DNA of 63,616 nt, filler included, from Octopus bimaculoides (GCF_001194135.2; 5 parts of 4 records of this genome joined end to end with filler, not necessarily neighbours in it), one strand, 5' to 3'; shown: positions 41,598-54,326, counted from the first letter of the whole stretch. Numbers and translations: made by a program. The notes: a model not told the origin generated them from the sequence alone.

Positions 41598-43779
41598 ACA
41601 CACACACACAATTCCCGTGTATATGTATTATTTAGTACGAGAAATTATTTCTCTGACAACAATGTTTACGACAAACAATGTTTACAACATTGTTGTATGA
41701 TTTATAAGAATCCTTTGACATTTGTGTTTCCTTTATATACCCTGTCTCAATAAACATCATCAGTTTGAAATTTCAGAATGATTGGCACTATCCATCTTTC
41801 CTTTCTTTCTTTCGATCAAAATTCTTTAGAATACTCAAACATATTTCAGGCTATGTGTATATGTGTAATAAACTAAAAGACAAGTTATTTCCAATGAAGG
41901 GCTGTTGTTTTCCAGCCTCACCCAGAGCTATTTCCCAACCATATTTTCCCCATGAAAATTCTCGTCTGTCGACATTTGACCAGAGGTAGAAGGAGGAGGA
42001 GAATGAAAAGAAATTTAATGCATTAGAGAATCTTGTAAAAAATTAAGAGAAACTTATGCATAATGGGTTTAATTATTGTTAGGTTAGGTTCTGTAACAAA
42101 TACTGTAACATTTGGAAAATGTTGCTTTTTTTTATCGTATGAAAGAAGCTTAAACCATATCACAGGTTTGAGAAAGCATAAATATCTAAAATGATGTTTT
42201 ATCGAATATCAACTGACTGAGACATCAGGGTCAGATTGTGAAGCAAGTTTGGGAGAAAAGTTTATGCTCATACCGGCTGGAGCATTGAGTCAGATTCCAG
42301 TCAATGGAGAAAGAGAGAGCCAAGTTACAAAATATAATCAAGAAAGCTTTAGTATGAGCTTACCACATGGCAGCTGACATCAGTTCGATCATTGACACTA
42401 CAAACATGCACAAAAAATGCCAATCAAAATCACTGAAAGATTGATGAAAATACATGAGAAAACAAATCTTGATAGTATTACTAACCAGAAACCCACCTAA
42501 AATCCATACACGTGGTCTCTTAACAACTTTGTTTCTGCATTGCCATCGTTCACTTGCTACTCTCATCAGACTTGGCCTCCCTTTCACTTACACTCTTTGT
42601 GTAGCTCTCCCTATCCCTCTCCCTCTCATAGTCTTTCACTTGATCCACTTCCATCTAACATCTCTTACTCTACCTATACCTCCCTCTACACTATTACCTC
42701 CTTATCGTTCTACTTTCACTTTCCCCTGTATCGTATGCTACCGCTGATACACTGCATACACGCGTGCGCAGCAATCAGCCACCGAGGAGATGATATACAA
42801 TAGACAGCTGAGAAGAATGGTGTATGCAAGCAACGGTTACTAACGACCCTGGCTAGAGTAATAAATTCTTAACGAAAAAAAAAGCACAAGACAAAAACAG
42901 CGCAGTGTATTCGATTAGCATACATTTTCTCCTGTTCAACATAACACTCGTACATACTCATTCATCCAGCCGATCATTTGCTTTCCGTTCAATTTTAAAT
43001 ATATTTCATTGGATACCATGGTTGCACCACTCACCGACTGAAACCTCTACGTCACAGTTGATCGACTCCAGCCTCAAACTGCCGCCGCTATAAACAGCTT
43101 CGTGTACAAGCCATCTTACACTGCATTCATCAGTCATAACTCTAAGGATGATGATGATGATGACGACAACAACGACAGCGATAATTCCGCTAACTGCTAC
43201 CTGTTAGATGGTGTGCAACGGTTATCAATTGAACAGTGCAAGATATGAGAAACACTGCCTAACAGTCTTGTCATGGTAACAGCTATAATTTAACGTTGGA
43301 TTTGACCAGTAAAAAAAAACAAGATATAGTGAAAACTAAGCGGACTAGCTAGTAGTGAAACGGATAAACAAAAGAACTAAGAAATCACGGGTGAAAAAGA
43401 AATTGGACGGACGGACGGACTAACAATCTTGACACGTTGATCAAATGAACGGACGGATGACAAGAGTTGATGGATGGAATTACTAGACTTAAAGCAAGCA
43501 ATTAGATCTAGTTATATAATATATTTAAACAAGGTACACGTGTATGCATTTAGATATATGTAGTTATTTATATATGTATTATTCGAATAAGTATGTTACG
43601 TGCTGGTGCTTTGGTACTCATCAGATTTCGATAAGAACTTTCCATAAGGCCGAAAATGTTCACAGCATTCAATGATTAAAAATTGTAATCGACGCCAATA
43701 TTTCATAGCAGCATCAACAACAGTTGCAACAACAGCATCTGTATCAGTAGTTACAACTACAGCAGCAGCAGCGGTAGCT

Positions 43780-43818
<39 letters not shown>

Positions 43819-43965
43819 NNNNNNNNNNGTAGTAGTAGTAGTAGTAGCAGCAGCAGCAGTAGTAGTAGTAGTAGTGTTGTGTTAATGTTGTTATTGTAAC
43901 ATTACTATCAGCTGAAATCGATGAGTAGTTTATCCGGCTAACACTGTTGGTGGAACACACACACA

Positions 43966-44003
<38 letters not shown>

Positions 44004-44460
44004 CTACTAGTATATGAATATACTGTGTATGTGATTGCGCGCGTGTATATATGTGTTGGTGCGCGCGCGCGCGTACCAGAGTATATCTACATTTTCACAC
44101 ACGCATACAGACACACACAAACACACACTTCGCAATCTTTGAGGAAGCTGGAATAATCACCAAAGAAATATGTGGAAAGTAATATTTTTTTTAAAAAAGG
44201 GGGTGTCAGTATATAAGGAGGGGGCGGGGTTAAAATAAAATAAAGACGTGCCAGAATCAGGAAAAAAAAAGTTAAAGAAAATGAATAGAATAGAGAGATT
44301 GTAGAAAGAAAAAACAAGCGACTAAAAGTGAGAAGTGATGAGATCAAAGACTGAGCTACTAGTACTTATCCCAACATCACAGTGACCAAAAGATTCTGCA
44401 ACTGTAACAAGCACTATGTAACAACAGTTAAATTAACGGGCTGATGCAACTTCGATCTCG

Positions 44461-44532
<72 letters not shown>

Positions 44533-44844
44533 NNNNNNNNNNNNNNNNNNNNNNNNNNNNNNNNNNNNNNNNNNNNNNNNNNNNNNNNNNNNNNNNNNNN
44601 NNNNNNNNNNNNNNNNNNNNNNNNNNNNNNNNNNNNNNNNNNNNNNNNNNNNNNNNNNNNNNNNNNNNNNNNNNNNNNNNNNNNNNNNNNNNNNNNNNNN
44701 NNNNNNNNNNNNNNNNNNNNNNNNNNNNNNNNNNNNNNNNNNNNNNNNNNNNNNNNNNNNNNNNNNNNNNNNNNNNNNNNNNNNNNNNNNNNNNNNNNNN
44801 NNNNNNNNNNNNNNNNNNNNNNNNNNNNNNNNNNNNNNNNNNNN

Positions 44845-44882
<38 letters not shown>

Positions 44883-45619
44883 GCGAATTCGCGCATATAC
44901 ATACATACACGCACTCGCACACATATACACACGCCGCCCACTTTCTTACAAATACAAACTCCAGTACGCTCAAACATTAAAGGAAATGCAAGCCAAGTGC
45001 TATTTTCACTTTCGTTTTAGCAGCTGCGTTTAGTTTTTATTCCATCTGTTTCTAACTGTCCTTTGTTTCTTGATTAATATCAGTGAATTCTCTTTACTTT
45101 GGGAGCGGGGGCATTAAATTTCTACACTCATATACAGTATGTATGTCTTGTCCATATATCTACTCAACCGATGATAAAGTCTGTATATCTTGCGTTATTT
45201 ACAGCAGTTACGTCCCTTTACAGTCTGTGTTCGAATCTCACCGAGATCAACTTTATCTTGTATCCTTCCAGGGTCAATAGAATAAAAAGATTGCCTGAAA
45301 AATTGTCACCCAAGACTTTGGCAGAGAGACATCTTGTCAGGTGGGATATCCTAGGGTGATGAATCTTCAGGTAACAACGCATAGCGTCATTTGTTATTTA
45401 TTTATTTATTTATTTGCAGGTGAGGCCAGGATTAAATCAGAACTTTGAGTCATCGTAATCATTACCACGACTAGCGACAACAGTGACCACAACACCAAAA
45501 TCACCACCATCGTTAAAACCTCTATCATTATCGCTACTACTACGACCACCAAAACCTGTACACCTACCACATCAACAACTACCAACACCATTACAACTGA
45601 TAATATTCTTTTCTACTCT

Positions 45620-45820
45620 AGGCACAAGGCCCCGAAATTTTGGGGGAGGGGGCCAGTCGATTAAATCGACCCCAGTACGCAACTGGTACTTAATTTATCG
45701 ACCCCGAAAGGATGAAAGGCAAAGTCGACCTCGGTGGAATTTGAACTCAGAACATAAAGACAGACGAAATACCGCTATGCATTTCGCCCAGCATGCTAAC
45801 TTTTCTGCCAGCTCGCCGCC
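45620..45820 (-). mobile_element. SINE family C copy inserted in a degenerate (ACN)n tract
   Basis: Reverse complement of the 7323 element. Confidence 0.85.
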
Positions 45821-46247
45821 TTGACACCCTCCAATATTGGCACAACTATCACCAACAATAACAAGAACACTAATACCACAATAGCCACTACAACTACCAC
45901 TGACACAAGTACCAACAGTAACAATCAAGTGATTCTTTATGCTGCTCACTCTGCTAGAAATAAGAGACAAATCACACAAAACTATCATAAATTGGGTAGA
46001 GAAAAATGGAAGGAATACATGTGGATATTTTGCAGTCGTTTCTAGAAAATTATTGTTGATTCAATTAATTTTAGAAGACAGTATTTTGTTATCCCTTATC
46101 TTTTACTTGTTTCACTCATTAGACTGCAGCCATGTTAAAATATAGCTTTGAAGGGTTTAGTCAAATAATTCGACTGAACCTGGAACCATGTGGCTGGGAA
46201 ACAAACTTCTTCCCACACAGCCATGTGTATGTATGTATATGTGTGTA

Positions 46248-47923
46248 TCAGTCCTCAGCCCCCTCCTATTTATTATAGTTCTCCAGGCAATAACACAGGA
46301 ATTCAAGACAGGATGCCCCTGGGAGCTCTTCTATGCTGATGACCTTGCTCTAATTGCTGAGTCACTATCAGAACTAGAGAAGTTTCAGGTTTGGAAGCAA
46401 GGATTAGAATCGAAGGGCCTTAGAGTCAGCCTAGCTAAAACCAAAGTCCTAATCAGTAGGAATGTGGACAAACCACAAACCCCTTCGGGTAGATGGCCCT
46501 GCTCGATTTGTAGAAAAGGCGTAGGTAGAAACTCCATAAGATGTACCCAGTGTAAGCTATGGACACATAAGAGGTGCAGCAATATCAAAGGAAGGCTAAC
46601 TAGCAAGATAGTTTTTGTATGTGGCAGATGCTCAGGAGCCATAAACACTGAAAATGTACAGAGAACAACTTCTGCCATATTCCAGGGAGAAAAACTAGAC
46701 TTAGTTGAAAGCTTCCATTACCTAGGCGACCAAGTCAGTAAGGGGGAAGGGTGCACTGAAAGTGTAGCTGCTAGAATAAGAATAGCCTGGACAAAGTTCA
46801 GAGAGCTCTTACCTCTGCTGGTGACAAAGGGCCTCTCATTCAGAGTAAAAAGCAAACTGTATGACACATGTATACGAACAGCCATGACTACTGAGGACAT
46901 GCGTAAGCTCACAAGGAATGAAGCCAGTATGCTCCGATAGATGTGTAATGTCAGTGTGCATACTCGACAGAGTGTAAGTACCTTGAGAGAAAAGTTAGAC
47001 CTAAGAAGCATCAGTGATGGTGTGTGCAAGAGAGACAATTGTGCTGGTATGGTCATGTGGTGAGAATGGATAAAGATATCTGTGTGAAAAAGTGCAACAC
47101 CCTGGCGGTTGAGGGAACCTGTGGAAGAGGTAGACCCAGGAAGACCTGGGATGAGGTGGTGAAGAACAACCCTCAAACATTAGGTCTCACCAAGGCAATG
47201 ACTAGTGACTGAGATCTTTGGAAATATGCTGTGCGTAAGAAGACTCGGCAAACCAAGTGAGACCATAACCCATGGCTTTTGCCAGGGGTGTAGCCAGCCC
47301 ACTTATGCGTACCTTTCCTTCATTGGACACTAAACTCTTCTTGCAAAGACCTGTTGAGGCAAGTTAAATCAAAATCGAAACTGAACCAAATTCGATAACT
47401 AGCACCCATGCCAACCTTTCCTTCATTGGACACTAAACTCGAAATTGAACCAAATTCGATGACTAGCACCCATGCCAGTGGAGTGCTGACAGCACCGTCC
47501 GAGCGTGATCATTGCCAGAACAGCTGTCTGGCTTCCGTACCAGTGGAACGTAAATAGCACCATTTGAGTGTGATCGTTAGCAGCATCGCTTTACTGGCAC
47601 TTGTGCTGGTGGTATGTGAAAAAAGATTCGAGCGAGGTCGTTGCCAGTGCCACTGGATGACCCCTGTGCAGGTGGCATGTAAAAAAACACCATTTGAGCG
47701 TGGCCGTTGCCAGTTCCGCCTGACTGGCCCTTGTGCTGGTGACATGTAGAAGCACCCACTACACTCTCGGAGTAGTTGACGTAAGGAAGGGCATCCAGCT
47801 GTAGAAACTCTGCCAGATCAGGCTGGAGCCTGGTGCAGCCATCTGGTTTGCCAGTCCTCAGTCAAATCGTCCAACCCATGCTAGCATGGAAAGCGGATGT
47901 TAAATGATGATGATGATGATGAT
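46248..47923 (+). mobile_element. 5'-truncated RTE-clade LINE: RT C-terminal half plus complete 3' UTR and (GAT)n tail
   Basis: SVLSPLLFIIVLQA...ELFYADDLAL (YADD motif)...FHYLGD...RIRIAWTKFRELLPLL...RQLCWYGHVVRM...GRGRPRKTWDEVV. A tandem-repeat 3' UTR follows, ending gcatggaaagcggatgttaaa(tga)n. Confidence 0.9.
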
Positions 47924-47931
47924 ATATATAA

Positions 47932-48007
47932 ATAGCCTCGGGCCGACACCAAAGCCTTGTGAGTGGATTTGGCAGATGGAAACTGAAAGAACCTCGTCGT
48001 ATATATG

Positions 48008-48056
<49 letters not shown>

Positions 48057-48259
48057 TTGTGTGTCTGTGTTTGTCCCTGCAACATCGCTTGACAACCGAT
48101 GCTGGTGTGTTTACATCCCCGTAACTTAGCGGTTCGGCAAAAGAGACCGATAGAATAAGTACTAGGCTTACAAAGAATAAGTCCTGGGGTCGATTTGCTC
48201 GACTAAAGGCGGTGCTCCAGCATGGCCGCAGTGAAATGACTGAAACAAGTAAAAGAATA
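47932..48259 (+). mobile_element. SINE family B, headless copy next to the RTE tail
   Basis: atagcctcgggccgac...aaagccttgtgagtggatttgg...aacttagcggttcggcaaaagagaccgatagaataagtac...aatgactgaaacaagtaaaagaata. Confidence 0.85.
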
Positions 48260-48523
48260 TATATATATAACGGGAAAAAAAAATGGCGATGGAAAGTTAA
48301 TAATTGCTTATTATTAACAGCAAATTGGTCATTTTCACTTACAGCCATGTTTATTAATACTCAGTAAACATTAAATTTACATTTATGCAACATGAATATA
48401 AACTATGTTTTTATATATACCTATTATTTTAAAGAAATTCATTCCCCCAAAATGCTAGGTATTGAATCTGTATTACCGTGCATGAAACCATCCATTCATG
48501 AGGTTAACACAACCTCTAATTGA

Positions 48524-48565
<42 letters not shown>

Positions 48566-49194
48566 NNNNNNNNNNNNNNNNNNNNNNNNNNNNNNNNNNN
48601 NNNNNNNNNNNNNNNNNNNNNNNNNNNNNNNNNNNNNNNNNNNNNNNNNNNNNNNNNNNNNNNNNNNNNNNNNNNNNNNNNNNNNNNNNNNNNNNNNNNN
48701 NNNNNNNNNNNNNNNNNNNNNNNNNNNNNNNNNNNNNNNNNNNNNNNNNNNNNNNNNNNNNNNNNNNNNNNNNNNNNNNNNNNNNNNNNNNNNNNNNNNN
48801 NNNNNNNNNNNNNNNNNNNNNNNNNNNNNNNNNNNNNNNNNNNNNNNNNNNNNNNNNNNNNNNNNNNNNNNNNNNNNNNNNNNNNNNNNNNNNNNNNNNN
48901 NNNNNNNNNNNNNNNNNNNNNNNNNNNNNNNNNNNNNNNNNNNNNNNNNNNNNNNNNNNNNNNNNNNNNNNNNNNNNNNNNNNNNNNNNNNNNNNNNNNN
49001 NNNNNNNNNNNNNNNNNNNNNNNNNNNNNNNNNNNNNNNNNNNNNNNNNNNNNNNNNNNNNNNNNNNNNNNNNNNNNNNNNNNNNNNNNNNNNNNNNNNN
49101 NNNNNNNNNNNNNNNNNNNNNNNNNNNNNNNNATTTATTTATTTATTCATGCATTTCAGCCAAGTGGCTGCGGTCATGCTGGAGCACCACCATG

Positions 49195-49490
49195 ACTTTC
49201 TGTCTTTATGCTGTGCTCTCTTCACGTTCCTTGCATGGCTCTTCTCCTCCACCTGATATAGTCCAATCAAGAGTTTTGATGGCACATCTGGTGTATAAGA
49301 GAATTTGACATCGCTGCCCTAAACTGTGTCTCATTTCGAGCCATTGGTTCGTCTGGTATCGTGGAGAGGAAAGTGTCGAGTTTTGTTTTGAAGACCTCTA
49401 TAGCCATGTCTTGCAGGTCTCTCAACTGTTTTGGCAGGGCATTAAAGAGCTGAGGTCCTCTGAAACCGAGGCTGTTGCAGTACCTTGTTC
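49195..49490 (-). mobile_element. CR1/Jockey-superfamily LINE 3' fragment
   Basis: RTRYCNSLGFRGPQLFNALPKQLRDL...FKTKLDTFLSTIPDEP is a typical post-RT C-terminal motif. Confidence 0.7.
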
Positions 49491-49503
49491 TTATATATAT
49501 ATA

Positions 49504-50181
49504 TTGGGTCAACCCATAAATAATGCAATATTTTTATACTGCTTTTATTTTCAAAATCAAGATAAACAAAGTTTTTAAATCTAAAATATACTCTCCTTCA
49601 CTTTCTACAATACTCTTCCATCTATCTGGTAGACTTGCAAGGCCCTTCTTCCAAAATTCACTTGTCCATGATGACAAATACTCCTCTAGTACTGTTCTTA
49701 CTTCGTCTACAGAATTCATATTTTTTCCGTCTGAATGATTTTGAAAACTGCAGAATAAACGATTATCAGATAAGGCAATATCCAGCGAATATAGTGGGTG
49801 GGGCATCATCTCCCATTCAAACTGCTCCAGCGTTTGGAATTTCATCCTCACTGTATGTGGCCAAGCATTATCCTGATGGAAGAACACCTTTCGTCTTGAA
49901 ACCAAAGGCAGCCGTTTTTCTTCTTGCACCAACTTAAGCCACTCAGGCTGATCACAGTAGATCTCCTTTGTTATCACATACTCCTTAGTCATTTCCATTA
50001 TAGCTTTGAAAACATAGCTGTTAAAATCTAACTGCACTCTTCCAAACTTGCACTAAGAAAAAGGACAAGGTAAAATTACTACCTGCTTTTATAGCAAGTT
50101 GATGCAGGTAGTTTATCTCATCCTCTTCCAATTTTTAGTTCATGCAACTGGAAAAAACCACATTATTTATGGGATGCCCAA
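49504..50181 (-). mobile_element. Internally deleted mariner (D,D34D) element with both TIRs
   Basis: Left end TA-ttgggtcaacccataaataatg; right end reverse complement TA-ttgggcatcccataaataatg. The internal minus-strand frame has FHQDNAWPH, HPLYSLDIALSD and LPDRWKSIVESEGEY. Confidence 0.9.
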
Positions 50182-50834
50182 TATATCATCAGTGGATCAT
50201 ATATCCAAATAAGAAGCACACTCTAAAGGATAGAGCAGTAATGTATTTACATGCAGTTAAATATATGTCCAGTCATAGAGTGGACCAGTGGTTTTGCATC
50301 CATAAAGCACTTAGCTTTATAGACAACTCATCAAACTCTTATGGCAGAGGGAATATAACCTCTCTTTAAACTGGAGGTAGAAAACCGTTATGGTCAGTTA
50401 ATTTGTAAACAAAAAATGATACACAGTTGAGCTTTAAACAGGATGAGTTATATGCCTTAAACCAGTCTTCTGGACCAAAAGGGCAAACAGGACATCTCAG
50501 CCCTTAGCCTGTTTCCAGTCTGCAAGAACTTTTTCCAGTTCTAATTGATGAATGGGGAACCCATGCCTGTAGCAGGTAGCATTTGAAATGGGGGCAGGGA
50601 TTATAGATCTCATGTCTTAAGTTTAGCATCATCTGAAAAATGGTTTGGCATCATCTCTAAAAATAGCCAAACAACTACTACTGCTGTCCACGGGAATGTA
50701 TATAAAAGACAAAAGACAGCCAGTCAACTACAGTTAAAACATTCCTGTCACATGGGACCTTGAAGACTGCTGGAAAGTAAGAAAGTATACTAGTCCTTTA
50801 ATATTCAATATTTCATTTATTTAATAAGACATTC

Positions 50835-51248
50835 AGTACTTCAACCCGGCAAGCCAAGTAAGATCGTTGCCAGTGCCCCTGGACTGGTTCTTGTGTGGGT
50901 GGCACATAAGATGCACCATTTTGAGCGTGGCCGTTGCCAGTACCGCCTGACTGGCTCCTGTAGGATTTTCGAGCGAGATCGTTGCCAGTGCCCCTGGATT
51001 GGCTTGTGCGGGTGGCACATAAAAGACACCATTTCGAGCGTGGCCGTTTTCGTGCGGGTGACACGTAAAAGCACCCACTACACTCTCTGAGTGGTTGGCG
51101 TTAGGAAGGGCATCCAGCTGTAGAAACTCTGCCAAATCAGACTGGAGCCTGGTGTTGCCATCCGGTTTCACCAGTCCTCAGTCAAATCGTCCAACCCATG
51201 CTAGCATGGAAAGCGGACGTTAAACGATGATGATGATGATGATGATGA
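50835..51248 (+). mobile_element. RTE-family 3' UTR/tail copy (family A) with internal tandem repeats
   Basis: Repeats of ggtggcac.taaaa..caccatt.gagcgtggccgttgccagt, then agcacccactacactct...ccatgctagcatggaaagcggacgttaaac(gat)n, as in 47500-47923. Confidence 0.9.
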
Positions 51249-51546
51249 TATACTATATATTCCATATTCTATACCCTACATTAATTTTATAAGAATATAA
51301 ATAAAACATAAAAACAGGCAGAGTTGGAATTCTTTTGAATAATATATTCCTCTGTACACTATCATACAAACACCTTTTATTTAATTTTTTTATTAATGTA
51401 TATATATATATGCATATATATATATGTATGTATATATATATATATTATTATGATTGACCGTTGACTGAACACTATTCAATTTTTTTTCTCCGAATTTTTT
51501 TTCTCCTCAATTTTTTTTCTCCGTGTTTTTCTCCTTGTCTCCGTAT

Positions 51547-51583
51547 TCTTTCTGTTGAAGAGCGTAGCTCGAAACGTCAAAGA
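51547..51583 (+). ncRNA. Putative minimal type-I hammerhead ribozyme motif (Penelope/retrozyme type) with core variant
   Basis: tcttt-CTGTTGA-A-GAGC-gta-GCTC-GAAA-CGTC-aaaga: 5-bp stem I, 4-bp stem II, palindromic ACGT stem III, GTC cleavage triplet. The core has A6->T. Confidence 0.5.
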
Positions 51584-51807
51584 CTTTCCGTATTCCCGAG
51601 CGTCATACTAATATATACTTTTGTTATTTACACCACCTGTCCTCGTCTGTTGTTATTTTTTGTATATTCTCCCATATATATATATATATATACATATATA
51701 TATACATANNNNNNNNNNNNNNNNNNNNNNNNNNNNNNNNNNNNNNNNNNNNTTAATTAATTAANNNNNNNNNNNNNNNNNNNNNNNNNNNNNNNNNNNN
51801 NNNNNNN

Positions 51808-51830
51808 NATATACATATCTCTCTCTCTCA

Positions 51831-51866
<36 letters not shown>

Positions 51867-52251
51867 GCTATATATACATATTTATATGCATATATATATA
51901 TATATATTTATATGCACATATATATGCTTACATTTGCATATATACATATGCATATCTATGCTTATATATATATACGCATATATATATACATATATATATA
52001 TGTTATATATAGACATGTATACATATATATATGTATATATATGGATGTATATTTATGTATGTTTATATATGAATATATATGTAAATACAATATGTATGTA
52101 TATATATGTATATGTTTTGTGTATGCATATATACGTCAATATATATATGTATGTATATATATATATGTGTGTGTGTATATATTTATTTGTATATATATAT
52201 GTATATATATATATAAATATATATATATATATGTATATATATATATTTATG

Positions 52252-52308
<57 letters not shown>

Positions 52309-52330
52309 TTGTATATATAAGTATGTATAT
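51808..52330. repeat. (TA)n/(TG)n degenerate microsatellite field; similar fields at 37840-38170, 38830-39000, 39410-39960 and 41260-41600
   Basis: Direct reading; source of the YIYI-type spurious ORFs. Confidence 0.95.
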
Positions 52331-53368
52331 ATGCTGTCGCTGTGAACATTTCCCTAAGTAATGTACTGTCAGTAAAGTGACTGGTGTCTGGAAGTGAATA
52401 GAGCTTTTCACAATCCTGTGTCTTGTCAGCACCTGTCAAATTTACTCGCATGGAAAACAAAGGTTATATGTTGATGGCGTTGCTGGTGCTGTTCCTGCTG
52501 ACGTTACCGATTAAGGCATATTAAAAGTCTCACAATGAACCTAGGCACTACAGGTTTCGTCTTTTATTCATGACAGTGAGCTACTTCATCACTGAGTACG
52601 CAACAGACACTTTGTCACGCACGACCAGTTGAGAACGCTTGTAACTTTGATATAAATCAATGATTAACGGACAAACGAACAGAGCCACCATATTCTCTAG
52701 CAACATAAAATAACTGTCATAGAATATTAGGACAAAATATTTCTAGAGACTTCTCCTGCGGGAATATTAGCAGGCCCGCTTAAATACCAGCCAGTAAATG
52801 TTCAATTGATAGATACGCTTACACGAAATGTAAGCGAGACATTTCATGTAAGCTAGATATTTAATAACTATTAGACACATTGTCACAAATAGTCGTCGGG
52901 GCTATAATTTCATGTCTGTTTCAATTATAGAAGCTAGAAGCTAGTCACATCAAATATGAAGCTTTTAGGAAAATACGAAATTTAATTTTTACTGAATGTT
53001 ACCTCGCGTGACATGAAGATGCTTTTGTAACTAATTACTCCGTCAGTCGTTTGTTACTCAATATGTAACACTTGTTGTGTCTTGACGTATATATATACAT
53101 ACGTATATACATACATACATACATATGTGTGTGCGTGTGCTGTGTGTAACTCATCGGGGGTAAAGGCGTTTGTTGGGATTTAGGTGATAAATGCTTGAGT
53201 TGTTTTGTTTTCACGTTCGTTAGTTGGTGTGTGAACCTATCTATTGATATATCTTTCCAATGAACAGATCGTGAACGAATGAATCTATTCAAGATACATT
53301 CTGGGTTTGCTGATTAACAATGGAAGGCAAATGCTGAGTGGTTGTTTTGAGAGTGAGTGTGTGAGAGA

Positions 53369-53399
<31 letters not shown>

Positions 53400-54148
53400 T
53401 GAGAGAGAGAGAGAGCGAGAGAGAAAGAGAGAGAGAGAGAGAGAAACTTATACTTCATCTTATAATGTGACTATAGTTGTTATATATGTTAAATGTTCTC
53501 CAGAAACATATTGAATTCCGTTTCTGTTTATTGATTAAATTACTAGAGCAGAAAACTATATCCGATAAAAATAGCACATAAATTAAAGCGAAATATGATA
53601 TTAAACAAAAAACCAGGATAAAATATATGTTGTAAAACAGAAAGGGAAAGTAATATATTTTATAATGATAAGAGACTTCTGTACACAGAATGCTTTGTCA
53701 AACTATCACTACTGCAAAATTACTACACGATCTGCATGAAAACAAATTACTAATAGGACTTGATGTGTTCTGAAGCTTTTCTATAATTGTTGTTGCTTAC
53801 TTCCCCGATCAATCCTGATCCAGGTGATGCATTGATCAAAAACTTTGTAGTATTTTTACAAGAAGCAATGTCACCTAAGACTTTATTATTCAATGTGTTT
53901 TTTTTCTTTGACTCAGATGATACTGAGTGATTTAAATGCAGATTGGCTGCTATATCTAGCCGAAAGAGCAACCATAAAAATTCTTCTGCTAGCTTGTACT
54001 ACAACATGTGATCATTCGCTATAATTTGCATGTGCTCTCAATTCTTCACCCTCGCATCGATTCTATTCTCAGTTCTTGTATTATACACTGATTATGTATT
54101 GTTTATATTTTGTACTGCTTTCAACTGAAATTTCTTTTTGTTAACCAG

Positions 54149-54326
54149 GCTACATGCAGTGTAGGAAATGACTCTTCTTTGTTTATCTGCGAATGTATAG
54201 AAGGCTACACTGGTAGAATTTGTGAAACTTCTATAGACAACTGCCAGCGAAACAACTGCACTAACGGTGCAACATGCATTGACCTACAAAACAGTTATGA
54301 CTGTCAATGTGCTCCTGGTTTTACTG
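54149..54326 (+). CDS. Internal exon of an EGF-repeat protein (Notch/fibropellin-type EGF, about 1.5 repeats)
   Basis: Polypyrimidine acceptor tttctttttgttaaccag|GCT. Translates ATCSVGNDSSLFICECIEGYTGRICETSIDNCQRNNCTNGATCIDLQNSYDCQCAPGFT-G, with canonical EGF Cys spacing. Donor G|gtaagt, phase 1. Confidence 0.93.

Noticed and set aside
45430-45930. Thr-rich mucin-like frames as a possible exon of the EGF gene
   Set aside because: Degenerate (ACN)n low-complexity DNA with stops, interrupted by a SINE, and no coherent splice pair.
50200-50800. Semi-open frames that look like decayed coding sequence
   Set aside because: Multiple stops and no recognisable motif, so it cannot be assigned by eye.
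52468-52524. MLMALLVLFLLTLPIKAY, a signal-peptide-like ORF upstream of the EGF exons
   Set aside because: It stops after 18 codons, has no good GT donor, and overlaps the degenerate triplet tail of a family A repeat.
52816-52856. 8-bp hairpin followed by CTAG as a Helitron 3' end
   Set aside because: CTAG is followed by A rather than T, the stem is not GC-rich, and no matching 5' end was found.
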